Below, piece by piece: positions 47,182-55,351 of a stretch of 62,295 bases of DNA. The notes beneath the pieces were generated by a model, which was not told the origin of the DNA, ran no database searches, and worked only from the letters and a program-made list of their open reading frames with translations. Location: assembly GCA_018971195.1 (NCBI GenBank), contig JAGXBK010000001.1, positions 1-62,295 on the forward strand. Reading direction: 5' to 3'. The position numbers and the translations under genes are program-made. Source of the stretch: Betaproteobacteria bacterium (GTDB taxonomy: Bacteria; Pseudomonadota; Gammaproteobacteria; Burkholderiales; Casimicrobiaceae). Numbering within the stretch: position 1 is the stretch's first letter; the number at the start of each line of letters is the position of its first letter.

Positions 47182-48195
47182 ATGACAGCCCCCAAGCGCA
47201 TCGAGCTCGTCTGTCCGGCCGGGACGCTGCCGGCGCTGAAGACTGCGATCGACCACGGCGCCGACTGCGTCTATTTCGGCTTTCGCAACGACACCAACGC
47301 GCGCAACTTCGGCGGGCTCAATTTCGACGCCAAGGCTGCCGCGGAGGGCGTGCGCTACGCGCAGCTGCGCGGCCGCAAGGTGCTGGTCGCCCTCAATACC
47401 TACGCCCAACCGGGCGCGTTCGAGCGCTGGACCCGCGCCCTGGACCTCGCCGCGGACCTCGGTGTGGACGCAGTGATCCTCGCCGACCCCGGCCTCATGC
47501 GCTACGCGGTCGAGCGTCATCCGGACTTGCGGCTGCACCTGTCGGTGCAAGGCTCGGCAACCACGTACGAGGCCATCAATTTCTACGTGCGGCACTTCGC
47601 GATCAAGCGCGCAGTGCTGCCGCGCGTGCTGTCGCTGGCACAGGTCGAGCATGTCGTCGGCAGTGCACAGACCGAGATCGAGGTGTTCGGCTTCGGCAGC
47701 CTGTGCGTGATGGTCGAGGGGCGCTGTGCGCTTTCGTCGTACACGACCGGCGAAGGACCGAACACGGTGGGCGTGTGTTCGCCGGCCAAGGCCGTTCGCT
47801 GGCAGGACACGGCCGACGGGCTCGAAGTGCGCCTGAACGAGGTGCTGATCGACCGTTTCGCCACGGGGGACAAGGCGGGATATCCGACCCTTTGCAAGGG
47901 GCGCTACGTCGTTCGCGACGATACGCATTACGCGATCGAGGAACCGACCTCGCTCAACACGCTCGAGCTGCTGCCGCAACTCCTGCAGATGGGTGTCGCT
48001 GCGGTCAAGATCGAAGGCCGCCAACGCAGCCCTGCGTACGTGGCGGCGGTCACCCGCATCTGGCGCGCCGCCATCGACGCCTGCACCGCGGCGCCTTCGC
48101 GCTTCGCCGTGCGCGATGCGTGGATGGGCGAGCTCGCGAACCTGTCGGAGGGGCGCCAGACCACGCTCGGCGCTTATCACCGACCATGGCGCTAG
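47182..48195 (+). CDS. ubiU: O2-independent ubiquinone biosynthesis protein UbiU (U32 family)
   Basis: IELVCPAG, TNARNF, HLSVQ, GSLCVMVEGRC, GVCSP, GYPTLCKGR, KIEGRQRSPAYV, GAYHRPW. Confidence 0.95.
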   Translation: MTAPKRIELVCPAGTLPALKTAIDHGADCVYFGFRNDTNARNFGGLNFDAKAAAEGVRYAQLRGRKVLVALNTYAQPGAFERWTRALDLAADLGVDAVILADPGLMRYAVERHPDLRLHLSVQGSATTYEAINFYVRHFAIKRAVLPRVLSLAQVEHVVGSAQTEIEVFGFGSLCVMVEGRCALSSYTTGEGPNTVGVCSPAKAVRWQDTADGLEVRLNEVLIDRFATGDKAGYPTLCKGRYVVRDDTHYAIEEPTSLNTLELLPQLLQMGVAAVKIEGRQRSPAYVAAVTRIWRAAIDACTAAPSRFAVRDAWMGELANLSEGRQTTLGAYHRPWR

Positions 48196-48203
48196 GGAAC
48201 GCG

Positions 48204-49103
48204 ATGCAACTGACGCTGGGACCCGTCCCCTACTACTGGCCGAAAGCGCGGCTCGACGCGTTCCACGAGGCGATCGCCGCCGCACCCATCGACCGCGTCT
48301 ATCTCGGCGAGGCGATCTGCTCGCGCCGGCATGAATATCGGTCCGCCGACTGGCTCGAGGCGGCCGCGCGCCTCGCCGATGCCGGGAAGGAGGTCGTCCT
48401 CTCGTCACAGGTGCTGATGGAATCCGAGTCGGACCTGCGCGCGCTGCGCAGGTTCGCGGCCAACGGACGCTTCATGCTGGAGGCGAACGACATGAGCGCC
48501 GTGCATACGATCGCCGGCCGTGCACCGTTCGTCGCCGGAGCGCACCTCAACATCTACAACGCCGAGGCGCTGGCATTCATCGCAGCGCTGGGAGCCGAGC
48601 GCTGGGTGCCACCGTTCGAAATGACGCGGGATTCGCTTGCATCGATCCTCGCGCAGAAGCCGGCAGGCGTCGCCACCGAAGTGTTCGCGTACGGACGCCT
48701 GCCGCTCGCCTTCTCGGCGCGCTGCTTCACGGCGCGGCACTACGACCTGCCGAAAGATGATTGCCGCTTCGCATGCCTCGACCACCCGGAGGGCCTCGTG
48801 GTCGCGACGCGTGAGCGAGAGTCGTTCCTGGTGCTGAACGGCATCCAGACGCAGTCGTATCGCGTGCTGAACCTTGTCGACGCATTGCCCGAAATGCGCG
48901 AACTGGGCGTCGACGCCGTGCGCCTGTCTCCGCAGCCGGAGCGCATGGACGAGGTGATCGCCGCTTTTCGCGCTGCGCTGGACGGCGCCGCGTCGGACGC
49001 GGTCGCGGCCACGCTCGCTCCGGCGCTGCCCGCCGCACCGTGCAACGGCTACTGGCACGGCCGGCCGGGTCTCGACTACGTCATGCGCCACGCCGCTGCA
49101 TGA
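48204..49103 (+). CDS. ubiV: O2-independent ubiquinone biosynthesis protein UbiV
   Basis: MQLTLGPVPYYWP, YLGEAICSRR, LAFSARCFTAR, KDDCRFAC, NGIQTQS, CNGYWHG. Confidence 0.95.
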   Translation: MQLTLGPVPYYWPKARLDAFHEAIAAAPIDRVYLGEAICSRRHEYRSADWLEAAARLADAGKEVVLSSQVLMESESDLRALRRFAANGRFMLEANDMSAVHTIAGRAPFVAGAHLNIYNAEALAFIAALGAERWVPPFEMTRDSLASILAQKPAGVATEVFAYGRLPLAFSARCFTARHYDLPKDDCRFACLDHPEGLVVATRERESFLVLNGIQTQSYRVLNLVDALPEMRELGVDAVRLSPQPERMDEVIAAFRAALDGAASDAVAATLAPALPAAPCNGYWHGRPGLDYVMRHAAA

Positions 49104-49109
49104 TCTGCC

Positions 49110-49598
49110 GTGCCTGACGCCGCGCCGGCTCCATCCGCCCCGTCCCGCGCAGCTCGTCCTGCGTTCGTGCTGCCGCCGCTGGTGCGCGCAGTGGCCTCGC
49201 GGCTGCCCGCCTTTCCGCCAGCGGTCGTGTGCGCGCTCACGCTGTCGCTGTTCGCACCGCGCGTCGTTGGCCGGGACGCGCTCGCCACGCTCGAGGGCAG
49301 GACATTCCGCATCGTCGTGCGCGATGCCGGCACCAGTGTCGCGTTTCGCATCGCGCCGGAGCGCTTCGTACCGCTGCGCCCCGGCCATGCCGTCGACGTC
49401 ACGTTCACCGCGAACGCGGTCGATTTCCTGCGGCTCGCGGCGCGACGGGCGGATCCGGACACGCTGTTCTTCGATCGCCGCCTGCTCATCGAAGGCGACA
49501 CGGAAGCCGGGCTGCAGCTCAAGAACATGCTCGATGCGGTCGAGCTTCCCCGCTGGTTCAGCGGGATTCGTGAAAAACAGGGACGCACCACGTTTTAA
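49110..49598 (+). CDS. ubiT: SCP2-domain accessory factor UbiT
   Basis: DPDTLFFDRRLLIEGDTEAGLQLKNMLD; follows ubiV. Confidence 0.92.
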   Translation: MPDAAPAPSAPSRAARPAFVLPPLVRAVASRLPAFPPAVVCALTLSLFAPRVVGRDALATLEGRTFRIVVRDAGTSVAFRIAPERFVPLRPGHAVDVTFTANAVDFLRLAARRADPDTLFFDRRLLIEGDTEAGLQLKNMLDAVELPRWFSGIREKQGRTTF

Positions 49599-49621
49599 AA
49601 CGTGGTGCGTCCCTGTTTTCA
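49571..49621. repeat. REP-like palindrome, second copy
   Basis: TGAAAAACAGGGACGCACCACGTTTT|AAAACGTGGTGCGTCCCTGTTTTCA; contains the ubiT stop (49596-49598) and the amidohydrolase stop. Confidence 0.9.
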
Positions 49622-50785
49622 GAGCGGCAGCTGCTGCTCGGCCAGCGTGACCCAGTAGCTCGCGCCGATCGCCAGCACGCCGTCGTTGAAATCGTAGCGG
49701 GGATTGTGGAGGCCGGGCGGGTCCGCGCCCGCGCCGGCGCCCAGCCACACGTAGCACCCAGGCTTCGCCTGCAGCATGAATGCGAAATCCTCGCTCGTCA
49801 TCTCCGGTGTCGGGTTGCGCTCGACATGGGCATCGCCGACGACTGCGGCGGCGGCGCGCGCGGCGTTGGCCGTTTCGTCGGCGCTGTTGACGGTCGCAGG
49901 ATAGCGCCGCTCGTAGCGAAGGCTCGCCTGCATGTCGAAGGTCGCGGCGATGCCGGCGACGATTCCGCGCATCCGCACCTCGATCAGGTCCTGCACCTCG
50001 CGCTTGAACGTGCGCACGGTTCCGCGCAGCACGACCTGCTCGGGAATGACGTTCCAGGTGTCGCCGGCGTGCACCTGCGTGACGCTGACCACGCCCGTCT
50101 CCATCGGATGGATGTTGCGTGACACGATCGTCTGCAGCGCCTGGATCGCATGCGCGGCAAACAACATCGGGTCCTTGGCCTGGTAGGCCATCGCCGCGTG
50201 CGCGCCCTTCCCGGTCGCGACGATCTCGAAGATGTCGTAGGCGCCCATCAGCGGGCCCTCGCGCATCGCGAAGGTCCCGGCAGGCATCCGCGGCCAGTTG
50301 TGCATGCCGTAGACGGCGCGCATCGGGAAGCGCTCGAACAGGCCCTCCTCGACCATGACCCGCCCGCCGCCTTCGTTCTCCTCGGCCGGCTGGAAGATGA
50401 AATAGGCGGTTCCGTCGAAGCGGCGGCGCTGCGCCATCGCCCTGGCCGCGGCGAGCAGCATCGTCGTGTGGCCGTCGTGGCCGCAGGCGTGCATTCGGCC
50501 ACGGTGGTTCGACGCGTGAGGCAGGCCCGTCTGCTCCTCGACGTGCAGCGCATCCATGTCGGCCCGCAGCCCGATGGACTCGTGCGAGTTGCCGTTCGAC
50601 AGCGCGCCGACGACGCCGGTCCTGGCGAGCCCGGTATGGACCTCGAGTCCAAACGAACGCAGGCGCTCGGCGACATAGGCGGCGGTCGCGACTTCCTCGA
50701 ACGCGGTCTCCGGATGCGCGTGCAGGTGGTGGCGCCAGCGGCGCATCTCGGTGTCGAGCGCGGCGACTTCGGGGACGATGTTCAT
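49619..50785 (-). CDS. M20 amidohydrolase (hippurate hydrolase-like)
   Basis: HAHPETAFEE, LRADMDAL, MHACGHDGH, FQPAEE, MHNWP, SEDF, LHNPRYDFND. Confidence 0.93.
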   Translation of the reverse strand: MNIVPEVAALDTEMRRWRHHLHAHPETAFEEVATAAYVAERLRSFGLEVHTGLARTGVVGALSNGNSHESIGLRADMDALHVEEQTGLPHASNHRGRMHACGHDGHTTMLLAAARAMAQRRRFDGTAYFIFQPAEENEGGGRVMVEEGLFERFPMRAVYGMHNWPRMPAGTFAMREGPLMGAYDIFEIVATGKGAHAAMAYQAKDPMLFAAHAIQALQTIVSRNIHPMETGVVSVTQVHAGDTWNVIPEQVVLRGTVRTFKREVQDLIEVRMRGIVAGIAATFDMQASLRYERRYPATVNSADETANAARAAAAVVGDAHVERNPTPEMTSEDFAFMLQAKPGCYVWLGAGAGADPPGLHNPRYDFNDGVLAIGASYWVTLAEQQLPL

Positions 50786-50911
50786 GCGGCTATCCTCGCG
50801 AATGAACGCCAATCCTAGCACTGCCAACGCGCTCGCCCGGCCCGCAACCGGAGCCCCTGCCACGTCCGGCCGGCTGCCAGCGTGCATCCGGTAAAATCGC
50901 AGGCGTCGCCC

Positions 50912-52417
50912 ATGAAGACGCGCACCTACGACCTGCTGGTGATCGGCGGCGGCATCAACGGCGCGGGTATCGCGCGCGATGCCGCGGGGCGCGGACTCTC
51001 GGTGCTGCTGGTCGAGCGCGACGATCTCGCCGCACACACGTCGTCGTGGAGCACCAAGCTGATCCACGGCGGGCTGCGCTATCTCGAACATTTCGATTTC
51101 CGGCTGGTGGCCGAGGCGCTCGCCGAGCGCGAGGTCCTGCTGCACGCCGCGCCGCACATCATCGAGCCGCTGCTGTTCGTGCTGCCGCACGAGCCGCACC
51201 TGCGGCCGAAGTGGATGATCCGCGCCGGGCTCTTCCTCTACGACCGGCTCGGCGGACGGATGACGCTGCCGAAATCCTTCGCGACGCGGCTCGACGGCGG
51301 TCGCTACGGCGCGGGCCTCAAGCCGCGCTTTCGCAGCGGCTTCGTCTACGCCGACGCGCGTGTCGACGATGCGCGCCTGGTGGTGCTGAACGCGATCGAC
51401 GCGCGTGCGCGCGGCGCCGCGATCCGCGTGCGCACTGCGCTCGAAGGCGCCAGGCGCGAAGGCGGGCTGTGGCGCGCGACGCTCGCATCCCGCGACGGAT
51501 CGACGTCGGAGGTCAGCGCGCGCGCGCTGGTCAACGCGGCCGGCCCCTGGGTCGCCGACGTGCTGGGCAAGGTCAGCGGCGCGCCGGTGGGCGCGCGCGT
51601 GAGGCACGTCAAGGGCAGCCACATTGTCGTGCCTCGCGTGCACCCGGAAGACCACGCCTACATCCTGCAGAACGCCGACAAGCGCATTGTCTTCGTCATC
51701 CCCTATCAGGACCGGTATTCGCTGATCGGCACCACCGACGTCCCCGTCGACGACTACGCGCACCCATCGATCAGCGCCGAGGAGACCGATTACCTGCTGG
51801 AGCTCGTCAATGCGTACCTCGATCGGCCGCTCGCGCAGCGCGACATCGTATGGACCTACAGCGGCGTGCGGCCTCTCTACGACGACGGGGCGCTCGACCC
51901 GTCGGCGATCACGCGCGATTACGTGCTCAAGGTCGACGCGCAGGCGCCCGCAGCGGCGGACGGCGGCCGCGCGCCGCTGCTGTCGGTGTTCGGCGGCAAG
52001 ATCACGACGTATCGCAAGCTCGCCGAGGCGGCGCTGCTCGAACTGCGGCCGTTCTTCCCGGCCATGAAGGGCGCATGGACCGCCACGGCGCAGCTTCCGG
52101 GTGGTGACCTGCCTCGCGGCGACCGCGCCGCGTGGCTCGTCGACCTTTGCAGGCGCTACCCGGCGCTCGACGCCGAGCTGCTGCGCGCCCTCGCGAAGCG
52201 CCACGGAACGCGCGCGCCGGCGATCCTGGGCGACGCGGGCAAGGCAGCGGATCTCGGCGAGGATTTCGGCGCGCAGCTCACCGAGCGCGAGGTCTCGCAC
52301 CTGGTGGGCGACGAATGGGCGCAGAGCGCCGAGGACGTGCTGTGGCGCCGCACCAAGTGCGGCCTGCCGATGTCCGCCGCCCAGCGCGCCCGCGTCGCGG
52401 CTCACCTCGGGTCGTAA
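50912..52417 (+). CDS. glpD: Aerobic glycerol-3-phosphate dehydrogenase
   Basis: IGGGINGAGIARDAAGRG, TSSWSTKLIHGGLRYLE, VDDARLV, GVRPL, GGKITTYRKLAE. Confidence 0.95.
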   Translation: MKTRTYDLLVIGGGINGAGIARDAAGRGLSVLLVERDDLAAHTSSWSTKLIHGGLRYLEHFDFRLVAEALAEREVLLHAAPHIIEPLLFVLPHEPHLRPKWMIRAGLFLYDRLGGRMTLPKSFATRLDGGRYGAGLKPRFRSGFVYADARVDDARLVVLNAIDARARGAAIRVRTALEGARREGGLWRATLASRDGSTSEVSARALVNAAGPWVADVLGKVSGAPVGARVRHVKGSHIVVPRVHPEDHAYILQNADKRIVFVIPYQDRYSLIGTTDVPVDDYAHPSISAEETDYLLELVNAYLDRPLAQRDIVWTYSGVRPLYDDGALDPSAITRDYVLKVDAQAPAAADGGRAPLLSVFGGKITTYRKLAEAALLELRPFFPAMKGAWTATAQLPGGDLPRGDRAAWLVDLCRRYPALDAELLRALAKRHGTRAPAILGDAGKAADLGEDFGAQLTEREVSHLVGDEWAQSAEDVLWRRTKCGLPMSAAQRARVAAHLGS

Positions 52418-52419
52418 TG

Positions 52420-52531
52420 AAAACAGGGACGCACCACGTTTTCAATGGGGTCAGGCCCCCATTGAAAACGTGGTGCGTCCCTGTTTTTAAGGGGGGTCTG
52501 ACCCCGTTTTTCGAATCCGGGTCTGACCCGG
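52420..52531. repeat. Composite REP cluster (third copy with insert plus two GGGTCTGACCC palindromes)
   Basis: 31-bp arms at 52420-52450 and 52457-52487; GGGGTCTGACCCC at 52493-52505; CCGGGTCTGACCCGG at 52517-52531. Confidence 0.88.
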
Positions 52532-52547
52532 TTTTTTCGATACTTCG

Positions 52548-53351
52548 ATGAGCGCGCCGGCGCCCTTGTCGAGCATGCCGGACGCGGTGCGTCGCGGCAT
52601 CCGCCTCGTGCTGACCGACATCGACGACACGCTGAGCTCCAACGGCAAGCTGACCGCCGAGGCGTACTTCGCATTGCAGCGCTTGCATGCGGCGGGGCGG
52701 GTCGTCGTTCCGGTCACCGGCCGCCCGGCCGGCTGGTGCGACCACATCGCCCGAATGTGGCCGGTGGACGCGGTGGTCGGCGAAAACGGCGCGTTCTACA
52801 TGCGCTACGACGCGGGCACGCGGCGGCTCCTGCGGCGCTTCGTCGCGTCGGAGGCCGAGCGCGCGGCGCACCGGGCGCGGATCGCGGCAATCGGCGCGCA
52901 GATCCTGCAAGACGTGCCGGGCTGCGCGCTCGCCTCCGACCAGCGCTATCGCGAGACCGACCTTGCGATCGACTGGCGCGAGGACGTGCCGGCGCTTCCG
53001 CGCTCCGCGGTCGACCGCATCGTCGCGCTGATGGAAGCGCAGGGAATGACGGCCAAGGTGAGCTCGATCCACGTCAACGGGTGGTTCGGCGACTACGACA
53101 AGCTGGCGACAACGCGGTTGCTGCTGCGCGAGGCATTTTCGATCGACGTCGACGCAGCGCGCGATGCCTTCGTGTTTGCCGGCGATTCGCCCAACGACGC
53201 GCCGATGTTCGCGTTCTTCCCCAACGCCGTGGGCGTCGCCAACCTTCGGCGCTTCCTCGACCGGATCGCCGACCCGCCCGCGTACATCACGACGCAAGAC
53301 GCGGGCGCCGGATTCGCCGAGCTCGCCGATTTTCTGCTCGCCGGCGCGTAG
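52548..53351 (+). CDS. HAD-IIB family hydrolase
   Basis: TDIDDTL, VTGR, ENG, K motif (YDKL), GDSPND. Confidence 0.9.
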   Translation: MSAPAPLSSMPDAVRRGIRLVLTDIDDTLSSNGKLTAEAYFALQRLHAAGRVVVPVTGRPAGWCDHIARMWPVDAVVGENGAFYMRYDAGTRRLLRRFVASEAERAAHRARIAAIGAQILQDVPGCALASDQRYRETDLAIDWREDVPALPRSAVDRIVALMEAQGMTAKVSSIHVNGWFGDYDKLATTRLLLREAFSIDVDAARDAFVFAGDSPNDAPMFAFFPNAVGVANLRRFLDRIADPPAYITTQDAGAGFAELADFLLAGA

Positions 53352-53385
53352 CCGGTCGCGATTCAATCATCGTCAAGCACAAGCC

Positions 53386-53414
53386 TTGACAGTATTTGCC
53401 TAGGCAGTTACTGT
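53386..53414 (+). promoter_or_regulatory. Sigma70 promoter overlapped by a palindromic MarR-type operator
   Basis: TTGACA - 17 bp - TACTGT; palindrome ACAGTA-tt-TGCCTAGGCA-gt-TACTGT at 53389-53414. Confidence 0.75.
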
Positions 53415-53464
53415 GTGGGCAATCCTGCTCCACACCGCCATTTCGTCGCAGCCCGCCGATCCCC

Positions 53465-53914
53465 ATGACCGTCATCTACGACCCGAAGACCTTCGATCCT
53501 TCGACCAGCATCGGCCGGCTGATGACCATGGTGAAGGGCGCATTGATGGAGGCGCTCGACGCGGAACTCGAGCCGCTGGACATCACCGCGGCGCAGTTCG
53601 TGGTCCTGGTCAAGCTCGCCACCGGCGCGACTGCGTCGGCATCGGCGTCGACGTTGTGCAAGGGCGTCTCCTACGATCCCGGGGCGATGACCCGGATGAT
53701 CGACCGCCTCGAGCGCAAAGGACTGGTGCGGCGCGTGCGCAGCCCCCGCGATCGGCGCAAGGTCATTGTCGAACTGACCGCCGGAGGCAGCGCCGTCTAC
53801 CCGCAGCTCATCGCCGGCGCCGTGCGGGTGCTGAACCGCTTCCTGCGTGACTTCAGCGCAGCCGAAGCGCAGCAGCTCGAGGCATTCCTGCGCCGCATGC
53901 TCGCCAACGCCTGA
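53465..53914 (+). CDS. MarR family transcriptional regulator
   Basis: ITAAQF, DPGAMTRMIDRLERKGLV, DRR...LT..G. Confidence 0.93.
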   Translation: MTVIYDPKTFDPSTSIGRLMTMVKGALMEALDAELEPLDITAAQFVVLVKLATGATASASASTLCKGVSYDPGAMTRMIDRLERKGLVRRVRSPRDRRKVIVELTAGGSAVYPQLIAGAVRVLNRFLRDFSAAEAQQLEAFLRRMLANA

Positions 53915-53917
53915 CCC

Positions 53918-55351
53918 ATGAACACATCGATCACAGGCATTCTCGCCGTCCTTGCCGCGATCCTCGCCGCGGGATGCGCGAGCATGCGCGGGCTCGCCCC
54001 CGAGGCTGCCCCCGCGAGCGCCAACGCGCTGGCCAGCCAGCGCTCGCTCGCGTCGGCGAAGCTGTCGCCCGCGGCGTGGCCCGACCCCGCGTGGTGGAAA
54101 GGCTTCGGCGACCCCGCGCTCGACCGCCTGATCGACGAGGCGCTGGCCGACAGCCCGACGCTCAAGCTCGCCGCGGCGCGCACGCGCAAGGCCCTGGCCT
54201 ACGCCGCCGTCGCGCGCTCGGCGATGTATCCGCAAGCCGACGCGGCCCTCGACGCGACGCGCGAGCGATTCGCGGAAACCCGGCTCATTCCGCCGCCGGT
54301 CGGCGGAAGCTGGGACACGCAATACCAGTTGCAGGCGACCCTGAACTGGGAGATCGATTTCTGGGGCAAGAACCGCGCAGCGTGGCAGAGCGCGATGGGC
54401 GTAGCGCGGGCCGCAGCGGTCGACGCCGAGGCCGCGCGGCTGATGCTGGCGGTGAACGTCGCGCAGGCCTACGTGCAGCTGCAGCGCGCCTACCAGCAGC
54501 GCGACATCGCCCAGGCGACGCTCGATCGCCGCGAGAAGGTCGATGCGCTGACCCGCGACCGCAATGCCGCGGGCATCGACTCCCGGCTCGAGCTCAAGCA
54601 GGCCGAGGAGGCGCTGCCTGCGGCGCGCGAGCAGATCGTGCAGATCGACGAGACGATCGCGCGTACGCGCAACCAGATCGCGGCGCTGCTCGGCCGCGGC
54701 CCGGATCGCGGCCTCGCGATCGGGCGCCCCGTCGCCCATGTGCTGGGCGCACCGGCGCTGCCCACCGCCGTTCCGGCCGAGCTGATCGGCAGGCGGCCCG
54801 ACCTCGTGGCCGAGCGGCTGCGCATCGAGTCGGCGCAAAAGCAGATCGACGTCGCCAAGGCGCAGTTCTATCCCAACGTCAACCTCGCGGCGTTCGCGGG
54901 CCTGCAAAGCCTGGGGGCCTCGGGATTCTTTACAGCCGCGAGCCGAATGGCGGGCGTCGGGCCGGCGATCAGCCTGCCGATCTTCGATGCCGGACGCCTG
55001 CGCGGCAACCTCGCGGCCCGCGACGCGGATTACGACGCCGCCGTCGAGCAGTACAACCAGACCCTCGCCGACGCCTTGCGCGACGTCGTCGACCAGCTCG
55101 CGTCGTTCCGCAGCGTCGAAGCGCAGCGTGAGCAGCAGGTGCTGGCACTGGCGACGGCGCGCGAGGCCTACGACCTCGCCCTGCTCCGCTACCGCGAAGG
55201 CGTCGGCAACTACCTGCAGGTGCTCTCCGCCGAGCAGCCGCTGCTCGCGCAGCAGCGCCTCGACGTCGACTTGCGCGCACGCGAGCTCGCGCTCTCGATC
55301 AACCTGATCCGCGCGCTCGGCGGCGGATATCGCGGGAAGTCCCCAGCATGA
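53918..55351 (+). CDS. Efflux outer-membrane factor lipoprotein (NodT/TolC family)
   Basis: Lipobox LAAGC, WWKGFGDPALDRLI, WEIDFWG, RRPD, LIRALGGG. Confidence 0.93.
   Translation: MNTSITGILAVLAAILAAGCASMRGLAPEAAPASANALASQRSLASAKLSPAAWPDPAWWKGFGDPALDRLIDEALADSPTLKLAAARTRKALAYAAVARSAMYPQADAALDATRERFAETRLIPPPVGGSWDTQYQLQATLNWEIDFWGKNRAAWQSAMGVARAAAVDAEAARLMLAVNVAQAYVQLQRAYQQRDIAQATLDRREKVDALTRDRNAAGIDSRLELKQAEEALPAAREQIVQIDETIARTRNQIAALLGRGPDRGLAIGRPVAHVLGAPALPTAVPAELIGRRPDLVAERLRIESAQKQIDVAKAQFYPNVNLAAFAGLQSLGASGFFTAASRMAGVGPAISLPIFDAGRLRGNLAARDADYDAAVEQYNQTLADALRDVVDQLASFRSVEAQREQQVLALATAREAYDLALLRYREGVGNYLQVLSAEQPLLAQQRLDVDLRARELALSINLIRALGGGYRGKSPA

Noticed and set aside
50786-52405. Apparent 928-aa amidohydrolase fusion
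   Set aside because: The upstream part is antisense to glpD; M20 homology begins at ATG 50785.
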